NCBI RefSeq assembly: GCF_006345805.1
Contig: NC_043006.1
Span: 93,124,001-93,188,000, forward strand
DNA from: Octopus sinensis
Taxonomy: Eukaryota
DNA: 64,000 nt
Direction: 5' to 3'
The first letter of the stretch is position 1. Each line of letters opens with the position of its first letter. This document shows, piece after piece, positions 40,187 to 53,316 of the stretch. The notes under the pieces are model-generated. The model was not told the DNA's origin and did not search any database. It saw only the letters and a program-made list of their open reading frames with translations. The position numbers were made by a program, and so were the translations under genes.

Positions 40187-41817
40187 GCAATAGGTAGAAT
40201 GTTGATGTTTTATTACGATCGTTTCAGTGACTAAAAGAGAAAGCTGCTCATCTATAACGATTGTGTGCATAATTTGTCAATTAATTAATGAAAAGTTTAG
40301 TGCTTCAACATTCTCCCCAGACTTCAAATTTAGTTTGACACCTTCTCAGGGTTTCCAACAAACGTATTTGTGAATGGCGATTATATATTCTTTGAGTTAC
40401 AAATATCAAGAACTTCCCATCCAAATAATTCAGTGGATGTGGATTGTACATACCTGTTAGTCATGAATTGTCACATGGAGTCCTGCCTTACTCCATGTGA
40501 GAATTCACGTAGGAAGATGTACGAAGACATCTGGAGACCCAAGATTCAACCTGTAAATGTTCAGACTAACGCAACGTTTAATCTTCAATCACACAACCAC
40601 AATCAACAGTTACATTTCTGAGACATAATCTATATTGCGATAATTTGAACGCCTGATGCATATTCCTAAAGACAATATAAAGTATAGTTGAAATAATTTC
40701 AATAAATATTTACCCAGAGTGCAGTTCGGTCAATCCCCAATACATATTTTAGGAAGTATAACAGATATTCAGTTGCTAATTAAATAAAATAATCAATAGT
40801 TATGAATAATGATTTCAGGAACACACACTCAAACGATAAAACTTCGCTTCTGCTCTAAGGGTTAATGAAATTCGATCATTAATTGTTGTTCTTGGTGGCG
40901 AAAACCTTAAGCATTATCTAATTTCCTGCGCAGCGTTACGTTTATGCATTCTGAGTGTCTTCCTTATAAAGCAGGGAATATGTGGTAGGCCTAAACGCCT
41001 ACGTTAACTAGAACCGTATAATAAACAATATATGCTTAAATGCATTATGGCTTACATACATACATATACACACACACATGCATACATATATATATATATA
41101 TGTATTTATATATATATATATATATATTTATATATTCATATGTATATATTTATACACATGTATATATATATATATATATTTATATATTCATATGTATATA
41201 TTTATACATATATATATATATACATATGCATATATGTACGCATATGTATGCATACACGTGTACGTGTGTGTGTGTATATATATATGGGTGGTTGTGGGGG
41301 AATGTGTGTGACATTCGTATGAATATATATATTCAGCTTCCGTTATAAGCACAGCACCAAATTGATAGGAGGAAATGTGTCAGTTACACAGAATGACTTT
41401 GGACGTTTGTAAGATATTCCAGCTCATAAATTCAATTTGCTATTGTTAAAAGACTGCCGCATAAAGGACGAGGAAAATAAATTAATGGGATGAGAGGAGA
41501 CATGTTATAAAATACACCGCCACAATTAAATTAACACAAAATGCAGCAGTGCAGTTTCAGGCAGGAATTCATCTAATTTCATATAAAAAGAAGATGTGTG
41601 TGTCACTGCACGTGCGCGTGTATGTCTACCGTGTGTGCGCGCGCGTGTGTGTGTGTGTGTTGTGTGTGTGTGTGTGTGTGTGCATATGTGTGTGTGTGTG
41701 TGTGTATGTACGTATTTGTCAGACGAAACATCCTGCTAATACAATCATATTTCTGAAATATTTCTCTTTGTGTGTAATTATATTAGCATAACCACACACA
41801 GAAATACACACACACAT

Positions 41818-41862
<45 letters not shown>

Positions 41863-43689
41863 CACATAAATGAATATCCGCATAATGCTAAAGTAGGCAG
41901 GATCTATTTCAACTGATAAAAGTTGTCGATATTCTATATGCTAGCAGAGGAACTCGCCTTCTGTAGTAAACCTTCTTCCCGTTGTCGCAAGAGCAAGAGT
42001 AAGAGGCCATTGACCTTTTTTGTCTTTTCGAAGGAGGACAAGCTATGGGACATTCACGGAAGGTAATGGGATGTTTTTGGAGATGGCATCATTGACTGAA
42101 GCAATATGCTGAACTAATTCATGCGAAGAGATGAATCACAAATCGTGGTTTTGCGGTACAACTAAAATGTGATCATAACACATTACGGAATATGGAGGAA
42201 GTCTTTCGATATTGGAAAATGTGTGGGAAAATGATACATCGGCCGATGTCACTAGATTTGAACGAAAAGAGGATGGACGTCTACTCTAATCTAATGGAAT
42301 TGTTTGAAACTGATCAAGGCAGAAGATGGAACGTGGACGCGTGTTTATGATTCGGAAGGTGCAAGTGTAGCCTATAGAATGATGTCACACCCTTTCTACA
42401 AATTTCAAAATCCAGCGATCGGCACATAAAATGATGAGTTTTAATGGTAACAAATACATCATCCTGCTTGATTTTCTGGAGTGTGACTCTGACATTCAAC
42501 TGTGAGTGACCCAATGAAACACGCAAAATGTTTAGAGAAGCAATTGGTAGATCGTATTTTTTAATAACTTCATTTATCTGAAATTAACCAAGCATTTCTA
42601 GACGAAAAACTTTAAGGGCGTTTGGAAAACAAAAAGCAACCAAGAAGAGGCCTGTCTATAATAAGATCGGCAAATAAAAGTATCGAGCAATATAGAAAAT
42701 ACTGATTTCCTTTAGATCTATAAAATTTTTGTGTCTTTTTACAGAGTCAAAACATTAATTGTATGAGAGGAAAAATTAAAACAAACATTCGCAGGAAACA
42801 CGCGAGTAAAAATGTTTTAAACCAACGGGCGAAAGAAAACGGACCTGAGTCGGTACTGCTGGATGTACTCATTGAAGAATATTTAACAGATGTGGCAAGA
42901 CTAAGCGGAATCAATATGTAGGGAAATACAGGAAATGCTGGTGGCGATCGTTATATCAGGGGTGTAGCTGAATGAAAATAAAACAATAAAAAGCGTTTTA
43001 GATCCAAGGCACGCTAAGAAACCGAAAAACATTTTGATTATGCTGCCTCACGCAACAGCATATACTCGGTTTTAAGCCGTTGACTCATAAGTCATTTTGA
43101 AGTATTCCAACATTATAATACTACAAACTAAGCTATTCAACGTTTAGTTATTTACAAATATTTACATTAAAAAATTCGTTTTATGGCAATGAAAAAATTA
43201 TCAGCTTAGAATTGGTTGTTAATCCTGAATACCATTTGGACAAAAATCTTTACAATACAATGATTACAGTCATCTTGCTATGATTAAACAATTCTGGTTT
43301 TATTTTCTAGTAGGACACGATGCAATTGGAAGAATATGTTTGAAAATACAATTTCAGACTTTAGAAAGTACAGACTTCTCAGCCGCACCGAAATAATTCT
43401 TGGAAGTTAGATCTTTATCATAATTTGCAGATTTTGAAAGCTATGAATTATTTAATGTACAAGCTACATTCCTGTAGCTGTCCAGTAAATAATTGATCTC
43501 TTTCGAAATGGAGAATTTTCCAAGTGGAGAATTAAATTCTTGGAAACTGCAAGAGAAGACACAAAAACCTGAGCATAGCATGGGTTGAGTATCGAAAAGC
43601 ATACGATATAATTCTATACTCCTGGATAATATGAACAATGGAAATGTATGAGTAGCAGAAAACATCAGAAGCCTATATGGAAAAGTATA

Positions 43690-44507
43690 AACTGCTGGAG
43701 AACGGAATAAACTTCAGTGGACCAGTTGCTATGGATGAGGAGGGGTAACCAGAAGATAGTTGAGACAGAAGCGCTCATATGCGCATCTAAGGAACAAGTG
43801 TTAAGGAACAATTATATGAAGTGCAGAATAGACAACACTACCGATAGCGACAATGCAGAATGTGTGGTGAGAGGGGTGAAACGGTATGGCGCATCTTTAG
43901 GGAGCGCCCAAAAATGGCACAACGCGTATGCAAAAGACTCCGTGACAATATGGCAAGAATGATACATAGGGAGTTCTATGCAAATTACGGCCTACAAAGA
44001 GGAAAGACGTGATATGATCAAACTCCAGAAGGAGTCAACGAAAATGGGAATTGCAAAATCCTGTGGGATGAAATGATCCAGTGCAATCATCTGACCATAT
44101 AATAGAAACCAGACATGGTCGTGGTGACTAAAAAAGAAAGAACATGTATGATAATCGACATAATATGTCCGAATAAAACAGGATCAATGTGAAAGAAGAA
44201 GAAAAAAATAAGCAACTCTGAGGGTTTAATGTGGGAAATACGAAGGTTGTGGTCAATGGAGAGTAGACGTGATACCAATAGTAATTGATGCACTTGGAAG
44301 TATCAGCACTCAACTACCAACATGGCTGTAAAAGATCGGTGCAAGTGTGAAGGTAGAACACTTACAAAAATCAGCATTGCTTGATACTGCAAGAATTCTT
44401 GGCAGGGTTCTTGAAGCATGACCAGTAAACAAGCGTCACCTTCGTCTGCTGGCTGTGGACAACTGTCACTTTCTATCATACCCAGTGAAATAAGCTATGA
44501 GTTTTCA
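43690..44507 (+). mobile_element. R4/Dong-like RLE retrotransposon 3' fragment (family 1), followed by (AAT)n
   Basis: VETEALICASKEQVLRNNYMKCRID, CxMCG..ET, ILWD, KPDMVVV..KERTCMIIDI, VIPIVIDALG, QKSALLDTARILGRVLEA*. Confidence 0.88.
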
Positions 44508-44532
44508 TATAATAATAATGATAATAATAATA

Positions 44533-44774
44533 AAACCCTTATTCAGGGACCTTTTCAGCGGGATGGGCTACTCAACCTGAAGAAAATTCTAACTGGGCCC
44601 CATCTGCAAGGTCATGTGCTGTTTATCTTGATATGAGATCACCATGTCGCGCACATATGGTTGTGATGCATGTGCCTGGTGTATCCTTATCAGACGGGTA
44701 GTCATGATAGGTATATTGGGCTTCGTATATTTTACCCCAGTGTCACTTTGATGGCATGAACTGTTCTCTCACTC
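44533..44774 (+). mobile_element. Non-coding retroposon 3' segment between (AAT)n arrays (copy 1)
   Basis: Closely similar to 45035-45268; ends ctctcactc followed by (AAT)n. Confidence 0.7.
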
Positions 44775-44817
<43 letters not shown>

Positions 44818-44844
44818 GTAATAATAATAATAATAATGATAATA

Positions 44845-45268
44845 CCACATATTTGCTTGTCAGTTGTTAGACCTCAACCAGTTGAGTATTTCTCTTAGTG
44901 GCTGATGATATGTGCATCTATGAGCACGAGCAGAAGTAGTTGGGGAGCATCATAGCAGTGTGTTGAAAGGAATTCTTAGAGAATTGGATAATTCTCCTTT
45001 GAAAACATGGGTGTTTTGTTCATCATCCTTAAGCAACCCTTATTCAGGAACCTTTTTAGTAGGATGGGTTGCTCGACCAGAAGAAAATCCTAACTGGGTC
45101 CCACCTGCAAGGTCATGCGCTGTTTATCTTGTCATGAGATCACCATGTCGCGCACATTTGGTTGTGATGCATGTGCCTAGTGTATCCTTATCAGACGGGT
45201 TGTCATGATGAGTATACTAGGCATATTTTATCCGTGTCATTTTGATGGCATGAACTGCTCTCTCACTC
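44845..45268 (+). mobile_element. Non-coding retroposon 3' segment between (AAT)n arrays (copy 2, longer at the 5' end)
   Basis: Same 3' terminus as 44533-44774, with a different 5' truncation point. Confidence 0.7.
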
Positions 45269-45354
<86 letters not shown>

Positions 45355-45365
45355 TAATAATAATA

Positions 45366-45433
<68 letters not shown>

Positions 45434-46551
45434 TACTACTATAAAATAACCACCATAGGACTGCAAAAATATCTACTCCAGAAGGAAGAAAAACTGATCC
45501 AGATAGCGGCAAAACACGAGCAAAACAAAAAACTGTTCTCAGTATTTAAGGAAGCTGACAAATACAAACAAGAAATCATACCACCTAATAAACATGAAGA
45601 AGAAGAAGAAGATGAAGAAACAACAAAAGCTATAAAACAAATGAAATCCAAACTAAAAATAGAACAGCAACGAACCATGATAAAACGATGGCAAGAAAAG
45701 CCCCTTCATGGTAAATACTGGACTAAACTAAACGCAAAAGAAATAGACAAAGAAAAATCCCAGCAATGGTTGAGAAGCTCAGGACTCAAAGCCGAAACAG
45801 AGGGATTTTTAATTGCAGCACAAGACCAAAGCCTCCCCACCAGAAATTACCAAAAACATGTAATGAAAAGAAATATTACAAGTAACTGCAGAATATGTGG
45901 AGATGGACAAGAAACAATAAATCATATTATCTCTAGCTGCCCAGTCCTGGCTAAGAAGGAATATATTCACAGACATGACAGAGTTGGAACCTACATACAT
46001 TGGAAGCTATGCCAACATTATGGAATAACAACAGAAAAAAGATGGTATAGGCACACACCAGAAAAGGTCACAGAAAACGAGAAAGCAACCATACTCTGGG
46101 ATATGCCGATACACACAGATAGAGAAATTAAGGCCAACAGACCAGATATAGTTGTCAGAGATCATGAAGAAAATATGCTTTCTAATTGATGTATCAATAC
46201 CGGCTGATGACAACGTGTCTCTAAAAGAAATGGAGAAACTCTCAAAATACAAAGACCTGGAAATAGAGGTAACTAGAATGTGGAATCTGAAAACAGAAAC
46301 AATTCCTATCAGAGTAGGTGCATTAGGCATGATAAAAAAATATTCAGACAAATACATAACAAAAACACCAGGACTTACAAACACATATGACATACAGAAA
46401 ATCGCACTACTAGGCACTGCACACATCCTACGCAGAACACTTTCCATACAATAACCATGAGAGCATCACAACAAATCACAGCACATACCCAAGGTACACA
46501 GAGCTGCGCTCGGTAGTGAAGTGAAAGCACGCTATAAAAATAAAACTACTG
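45434..46551 (+). mobile_element. R4/Dong-like RLE retrotransposon 3' fragment (family 2), 5' and 3' flanked by (AAT)n
   Basis: Open frame from 45434: ...WQEKPLHGKY...LKAETEGFLIAAQDQSL...CRICGDGQETINHIISSC...HRHD...NRPDIVVRD; after a -1 shift LIDVSIP...EKLSKYKDL...LGTAHILRRTLSIQ* (46454). Confidence 0.93.
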
Positions 46552-46582
46552 AATAATAATAATAATAATGATAATAATAATA

Positions 46583-46622
<40 letters not shown>

Positions 46623-46645
46623 TAATAATAATAATAATGATGATG

Positions 46646-46697
<52 letters not shown>

Positions 46698-46717
46698 TAA
46701 TAATAATAATAATAATA

Positions 46718-47060
46718 CCAGCAAATGACAATATTTCTCTATAAGAAACGGAGAAACTTTAAAAACACAACGATCTGGAAATAGAGGTAACTCGAATGTG
46801 GCGCCTAAAAGCAGAAACAATTCCCATCACAATAGTCTCATTAGGTATGATAAAATACTCAGACAAATACATATCCGGACTAACAAGTATATATAACATA
46901 CACAAAATAGCACTAGTAGGCACTGCAGCATCCTACGTAAAACATTTTCAATATAGTAAAAATAGGAGCATCACAACAAACCACAGCACATACCCAAGGC
47001 ACACAGACCTGCGCCCATTGTTCCAGTGAAAGCACGCGCTAAAAGACTACGGGATAATGA
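46718..47060 (+). mobile_element. R4/Dong-like family 2 short 3' fragment
   Basis: Homologous to 46200-46545 (PANDNISL..DLEIEVTRMW.LKAETIPI...; 3' UTR gagcatcacaacaaa.cacagcacatacccaagg). Confidence 0.85.
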
Positions 47061-48116
47061 TAACTCTTTCTACTATATGCTTGAGTCCTGAAATTTTGCA
47101 AAGTCGTCTAGTCGATGACATCAAACACGGGGAAGTTTGAACTCAGGATATAAAACAAATGAAACGCCAGTAAAGATCCAGAATACGAAATCGTTGACCA
47201 TTTCATTCCGACAGGGCAAAGTATTCTGTCAGCTGACCTCTTGAAGCAATTCTGTCAACTATTCTTCATGTCTCCATTTTGATTGTTTTTATTTCAACTC
47301 GTGATTATTGGACTGCAATGTATTATAGTCGCGTAGAACGAGACGTTCAAAACAAGCCTTCAAAGAGGGTTTTAAGGCATTAATGCTAATTGAACTGTAC
47401 TCAAACGATGACCGAGTCTGATCCAATTTCTCTTTGCTGGGATCGATCTTATAGACTTTCTTGCACGCTGATAACTTACAATTATACACACAATGATTTA
47501 GAAGTGAAACAAAGGTAGAAACGCTAGTGAAGGACAAAGTTCCTTGTCGGGTGTGTTTACTTTTATCCTTTTGTGCTATCATTTCAAATTACATTTCATT
47601 CTTCTGGATCGATAAGACACGCAACATTTGTGTACTTAGGTTGATTAAATACAGAATACATTTTCAATTGTTGTCGTTTTATGTCATTGACAGAAATGAT
47701 TGTTAATCTAAGATTCCACAAAGCAAATCACACTACACCGAAAACACTAAGAATAGTTTTATCCATTCAATGTAAACTCGGGAGCGTACTTCTGGGATTT
47801 ATTTGCATAACTCTGCACTATTTTTCAATTACATGAACTTTTAAAATTGAACAGGCTTCAGGAAACGGATGCAACGGAGGTAAATATCGGAGGAAAAGAA
47901 ATAAACGAAAGAAACATAAATGTTAATGATTATTTTCTACCAACACGTTCAGTTATAAAGAGAAGTAGAAAAATATGACTTGTATCACTTTGATTTATAT
48001 GCTAAAATCTTTGGCCAACCGAAAATTGTTTAAGCTTAAAGCGAAATCGAGCTTGGTGTCTCTTTTGGGTGTATGATATAATTACATAGAAAATAAGGCT
48101 GAGTTTTTATAGAATT

Positions 48117-48513
48117 ACTAGCAGTATCGCCCGGCGTTGCTCGGATTTGTAAGGGAAATAACTATATAAGCATTTTTAGAGAGTTATAGCAAAAAAATAG
48201 CAAAAAATGCATTAAAAATGGAAAAAAAATGATGGTAAATTTTTTTAAAACTCGTTGACTCATCGTAGACATTTTTAGAGAGTTACTTCCCTTATATAAT
48301 AGCGAAAAAATGCATTAAAATGGAAAAAAATGATGGTAAATTTTTTTAAATCGTAGATTTATCGTAGACGCGCGCTAATACCCAGAAGGGCTCGATATGA
48401 ATCACGACTATAAGATACCCGGTTTTGGTTAAACTGCACCGCAAAATGTGGGAGTAGTTAGGAATCTAAATCGTAGGAGACAGACACACAACTTCACTTT
48501 TATATATAAAGAT
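48117..48513 (+). mobile_element. Non-autonomous Helentron/DINE-1-like element
   Basis: Starts tt|actagc...cccggcgttgctcgg and ends ttttatatataaagat|t. It has an internal ~100-bp tandem repeat (units begin 48171 and 48270) and no TSD. The family assignment is from recollection of this architecture. Confidence 0.5.
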
Positions 48514-48721
48514 TACACCGTCAGATAAATTGATTTGTTGTTCAGTGACCGCCATTTATCGTCCTCATTTGCAAAATGACCAACATTCCTATTTACTTTT
48601 TATCTTTCTGAGGTCGATAAAACAAAGCGCCAACCAAATACAGTTCTTCGTTTTCTCTAATATACATCCTGTGTCGCATTGTACTAGTTTACTTATTGAG
48701 GAAGAAACTATTGTAAGAAGA

Positions 48722-49105
48722 GTGGAGGCGCAATGGCCCAGTGGCTAGGGCAGCGGACTCGCGGTCGTAGGATCGCGGTTTCGATTCCCAGACCGGGCGT
48801 TGTGAGTGTTTATTGAGTGAAAACACCTAAAAGCTCCACGAGGCTCCGGCAGAGATGATGGTGATCCCTGCTGTACTCTTTCACCACAACTTTCTTTCAC
48901 TCTTACTTCCTGTTTCTGTTGTACTTGTATTTCAAAAGGCCGGCCTTGTCACTCTGTGTCACGGTGAATATCCCCGAGAACTACGTTAAGGGTACACGTG
49001 TCTGTGGAGTGCTCAGCCACTTACACGTTAATTTCACGAGCAGGCTGTTCCGCTGATCGGATCAACCGGAACCCTCGTCGTCGTAACCGACGGAGTGCTT
49101 CCATC
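48722..49105 (+). mobile_element. tRNA-derived SINE, family C, with 9-bp TSD
   Basis: A box tggcccagtgg, B box ggtttcgattccc; gtaagaaga at 48713-48721 and 49106-49114. Confidence 0.88.
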
Positions 49106-49264
49106 GTAAGAAGATTAACATGAATAATTTACAATACAAATCCACTCCCGAAAGTTCTTTTCACTGAAAAATGTATAAGGGACAACTCAGCCTGGTAACA
49201 CAGATCAGTGTATACATTATGATCAGCACTTATTTAAGTTCGTTACCTTATTTATTCTGTTTCA

Positions 49265-49480
49265 GGGCGGCGAGCAGGAAGAAACTTTAGGACGCCGGGT
49301 GAAATGCTTAGCGGCATTTCATCTGTATTTATGTTCTGAGTTCAAGTTTCGGGGAGGTCTAATTTGTCTTTCATCCTTTCGTGGTCGATAAATTAAGTAC
49401 CAGTTGCATTCTGGGGTCGATCTAATCGACTGCCTCCCTTCCCCAAAATTTCAGGCCTTGTGCCAAGAGTAGAAAATATT
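49265..49480 (+). mobile_element. tRNA-derived SINE, family A (variant tail)
   Basis: Homologous to 32789-33004. Confidence 0.82.
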
Positions 49481-49834
49481 ATTCATTCTGTTACATATTT
49501 TTGGCATCACATGACTCGTTTATCTTATTTTCTATATTTTATCTTTTACTTCTTTCAGGCACTAGACCCATCGATCCCATCGAGGGGCCACTCGCTTCAA
49601 GACACCGATCCCATCGAGGGGCCACTCGCTTCAAGTGCTTTGTCAAACAAATCCCAACTTCAATGATTATTTTTTTTTATTTTTCAATTCTGATACTTAT
49701 TAATCGGTCTCTTCTGCCAAACGTTTAGTTACGGGGACATGAACAAAACAATGATTTTCAAGCGGTAGTGGGACAAGCACCAACTCAAAGGAACCTACAT
49801 CCGTATGCACACACGCACCACACATACACAAAAT

Positions 49835-49881
<47 letters not shown>

Positions 49882-50139
49882 TACGTACATGCCCACATCC
49901 ATCCACAAATACAGACGTCTTTATATTTGGCAGACCTCCATACCGTTTCCGTGAACCAAATTCACACACACGGTATATATCATTTCAAAGTTTGAATCAT
50001 GAATTCCGATGCATATATTTGATCATGTATTTTACAAATGACGCTACATGTCGCACTGCCAATCTGTTTATCTTATGTAGCTTCATTACATTTGGCTATG
50101 GAAGTTTTGAATATATATAATTCCATTTAGTAAATAAAT

Positions 50140-50820
50140 GGCGCAGGAGCATCTGTGTGGTAAGTAGCTTACTTCTTAAGGAGGCTAGAGGGCCGGAGGG
50201 AGGAAACCAGGCTCTGGACTGAAGACTCGGTTTTGCCTCTGCAGGTGACTACGGAGGTCGTAATGGACGTCGATATGTTCAGGGTGATGGACTCCTTTCC
50301 GAAGGACCAGTTTAGGTTCGCCTTCTGGGGCCCCGACCTGGACCTGGAGCATTGCTTGCGGGAGGCATACGGCCTGGTCGGGGAGGAAGGATAAAGAGGC
50401 TTTAGTGCATAAATGTTTGTTTGTAAGAGGCTCCGCGCCTCAATTTGTAATGGACTGTTAAGTCCAGTAATTGTAGAACTGAGATAAGACGTTTAATACC
50501 TCGTTTTGTTTCTTGCTTTGAAAAGAAAAAGAACAATATTTTAGAGAAGCAGAAGATCGACAGGCGTCTTTTGCCTTCGCTCATTTATACCATCCTTTTC
50601 ATCACTCATCGTATTAATGTTTTTTGTCCAGCCCGCAAGCTACTCCCTCTGTATACGGCCTTCGTGGCCAATGAAATGAAATAAAGTAGCTTGATTACCA
50701 ACCACATGGTTCCAGGTTCAGTCCCACTGCGTGGCACCTTGGGCGTGTGTCTTTTTCTATAGCCATGTTCCGACCAAAGCCTTGTCTGTGAATTTGGTCA
50801 ACGGAAACAGAAAGAAGCCA
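50140..50820 (+). mobile_element. Family B SINE split by a LINE insertion (SINE parts 50140-50174 and 50684-50820)
   Basis: Head ggcgcagga...gtgtggtaagtagctt, resuming aagtagcttgattaccaaccacatggttccaggttcagtccc. Confidence 0.85.
50173..50683 (+). mobile_element. 5'-truncated L1/Tx1-like LINE 3' end
   Basis: Open frame without a start codon: FLRRLEGRREETRLW...FRFAFWGPDLDLEHCLREAYGLVGEEG*. The terminus cgtggccaatgaaatgaaata resembles the Tx1-like termini at 28580 and 29505. TSD aagtagctt. Confidence 0.65.
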
Positions 50821-51929
50821 TTTTGTTTGCCTTTAAATTCCTGCATGTTCAAGCTATAAAACGAGAGGTTGTATTGTTATAATGGGTCGATAAAAGATAG
50901 CTCCAGCTCAGGCGGTGTATTTGTAAAATTTCGACATAGTCGATTTCTTGCCGTGTTTGTCCCGGTATTTTGAGTTTCGCGTTCTTTTATGGGAGACATA
51001 CTCAGTCGCCTGTTTAACAATGAATTCGGGAGCCGTTAATGGTGGTCACGACGAACCGCAAGCTTCCCGATTAGGTTTCCAATTTAAAGATATTTTTCTC
51101 ATTTCTTTTTACTAATTTCCTAAATAGAAAAAATAAGAAACATCATGGTAGCTGCCCTTTATTCCCGGACTAGATGCTAATATAAAACACAATGCTCTTA
51201 AAATCAACCAGTAGCACCAGTACTTCGTCCGTTTAATAATGATATAAGGACACAACAGAGAAAGTCAAATATTTGTAATATATCAACTAAATAATGAATG
51301 ATATGATCAAAGTAATAACACGAAATTCTCAATATATTTCGTCGTCGTTCAATATCTATCATCGATCATCTATATCTGTAATTATTAAATTTCCAATCAA
51401 ACATTTTAAAATTTCATTGATAAATATTTTCATTACAATCATATTGTTTTGCCATACATGCCTCATATGAATTTCCTCGCTAAATTAAGTATATTGGTTG
51501 CTAAAAGACATTAATATAACTTCATAAACAAAGCTTGTAAATTATTTATCTTTTGTTCTTCTCAATGTGTATTTACTTTGGTGACGATGGTTATATCTTG
51601 GAAAAAGTTGCACAATTTGTAATTTCCACTCATCATAACAAATCGATTATAGTTTGATACAGAATCACGTTTTTGATGATGTAGATATAATATTGATACA
51701 GATAATATAATGCATACGAATTTTATAATAAACCAGGAAAATTTCGCCAAATTTAATATACAATAAGTTTATTGTAAATTATCTTCAGAATATAATCAAC
51801 GATAGATTAACCATTTTATATTTCTTACTTTGAAATATATTCAAACTCAATGTTTCTTTATCAGTATGTTTTTATACAACTGAATGATGATATGACACAT
51901 TCATAATGATTTAAAAACACTGCTTGATA

Positions 51930-52250
51930 AATATTAGCTGCAATACCACCTCCCAATCCAATACAAATACAGATTGCTCTTCAGGTTCTCCCCCACTAAG
52001 AATGAACCAACGGAGATCAACCTCATTAGCAGTAAACTCCAACCCCGGTGTATATCGGTGGCACCGTAAACTTTTCAAGCGCCGCTACCGTGCACACAGA
52101 TTCCTTCTCCAATCCAAATTCGAAATTATCAACCTCCTTAGCAACGTATATAAACAACCTTAAGTCTCAAAATATTCCATACACCCTATCCTCGCCCATA
52201 GTAATCGAAGCTGTCCCATACAATGCAAATATTTCCTTCATTACTCAGTA
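51930..52250 (+). mobile_element. Penelope-like GIY-YIG endonuclease fragment
   Basis: VYIGGT / FKRRYRAH / SF.N...LSTSLATYINNLKSQNIPY...AVPYN, read across frameshifts. Confidence 0.55.
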
Positions 52251-52453
52251 ACTTCTCTGATGTTATTTTCTCAAGAACGCCAAGAGAATAAGATGTTTTA
52301 TGTGACACATTCTACCAGTATACGAAGTTTAAAAGTGTTTAGTTACAAAAAATCATTTTTTAAATCTGCCGGTCAAAGTGAAAAGATCCCACATTTCTTG
52401 TATCAAATGTATTTAATATATCTTGTATATCGACTTATATGTATATATATATG

Positions 52454-52535
<82 letters not shown>

Positions 52536-52904
52536 CAAGAAATAATATTAATCTCTTCTCATAGGGTTATAGGACTGCAAAAGAAGTGCTCATATATAAA
52601 TGAGACAAAGATAAATAAAGAAGCATTAGTTATAGAAGAAACATTAAGTTTGGGTCAACAACTTTACATACAAGAGCGCCACCCCTCAAGCATTTAATCA
52701 TATATAAAAATCACCATGGTTCACAAACACATAAAAATGATACATATAAGATCGCAAAAGGTAAAAGTGTATAATCGAATAAAATACAAATAGAACGGCC
52801 TACTAAAATGTTAAATATAAACGGCTAAAATTTCAAAAACAACCAAAAATCCCAATAGACAAATGTGAAAAAAGTAAAGGTAAAAATAAAAATAAAAATA
52901 AAAT

Positions 52905-53316
52905 GGATCTTTTCGGTTTGAACGGCAGTTTTTAACATAATATCTAGGTAAGTAAAAAATTTTAAACTTCGTATACTGGTAGAATGTGTTTATAAAACAT
53001 CTTTTTCTCTTGGCTTTATTGAGAAAATTCTATAGTTATAAGATATTTGTTGTTTTTCTTCAATTTCTGCAATGTCAACCAATCGGTGACGTCTATTGAG
53101 TTAAAAAGCTTTCTGTGCCGTATGAATATGTCACTCGTTTAAGAAAGAGATTGGGTTTATTTACATTTGTGAAGAAAAAAAGATACCCTTCCTCCACCCC
53201 TAACCCTAACCCTAAAAGAGATTGAAATGCAATAGATCGATTCCAGGGTCATAATTATGGGTGACAATTTCATATGACACCGCTAGAAAAAACTGCCGTT
53301 CAACCGGAAGAGATCC
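52905..53316. mobile_element. MITE with ~30-bp TIRs, AAAT flanking duplication and internal (CCCTAA)3
   Basis: ggatcttttcggtttgaacggcagttttt vs the reverse complement of aaaaactgccgttcaaccggaagagatcc shows 3 mismatches. aaat lies at 52901-52904 and 53317-53320; ccctaaccctaaccctaa at ~53198-53215. Confidence 0.8.

Noticed and set aside
48724-48796. tRNA-like sequence with A and B boxes
   Set aside because: No paired acceptor stem; it continues into a SINE body bounded by a TSD, so it is not a tRNA gene.
53198-53215. Telomere-type repeats as evidence of a chromosome end or fusion
   Set aside because: Only three hexamers, and they are internal to a MITE.
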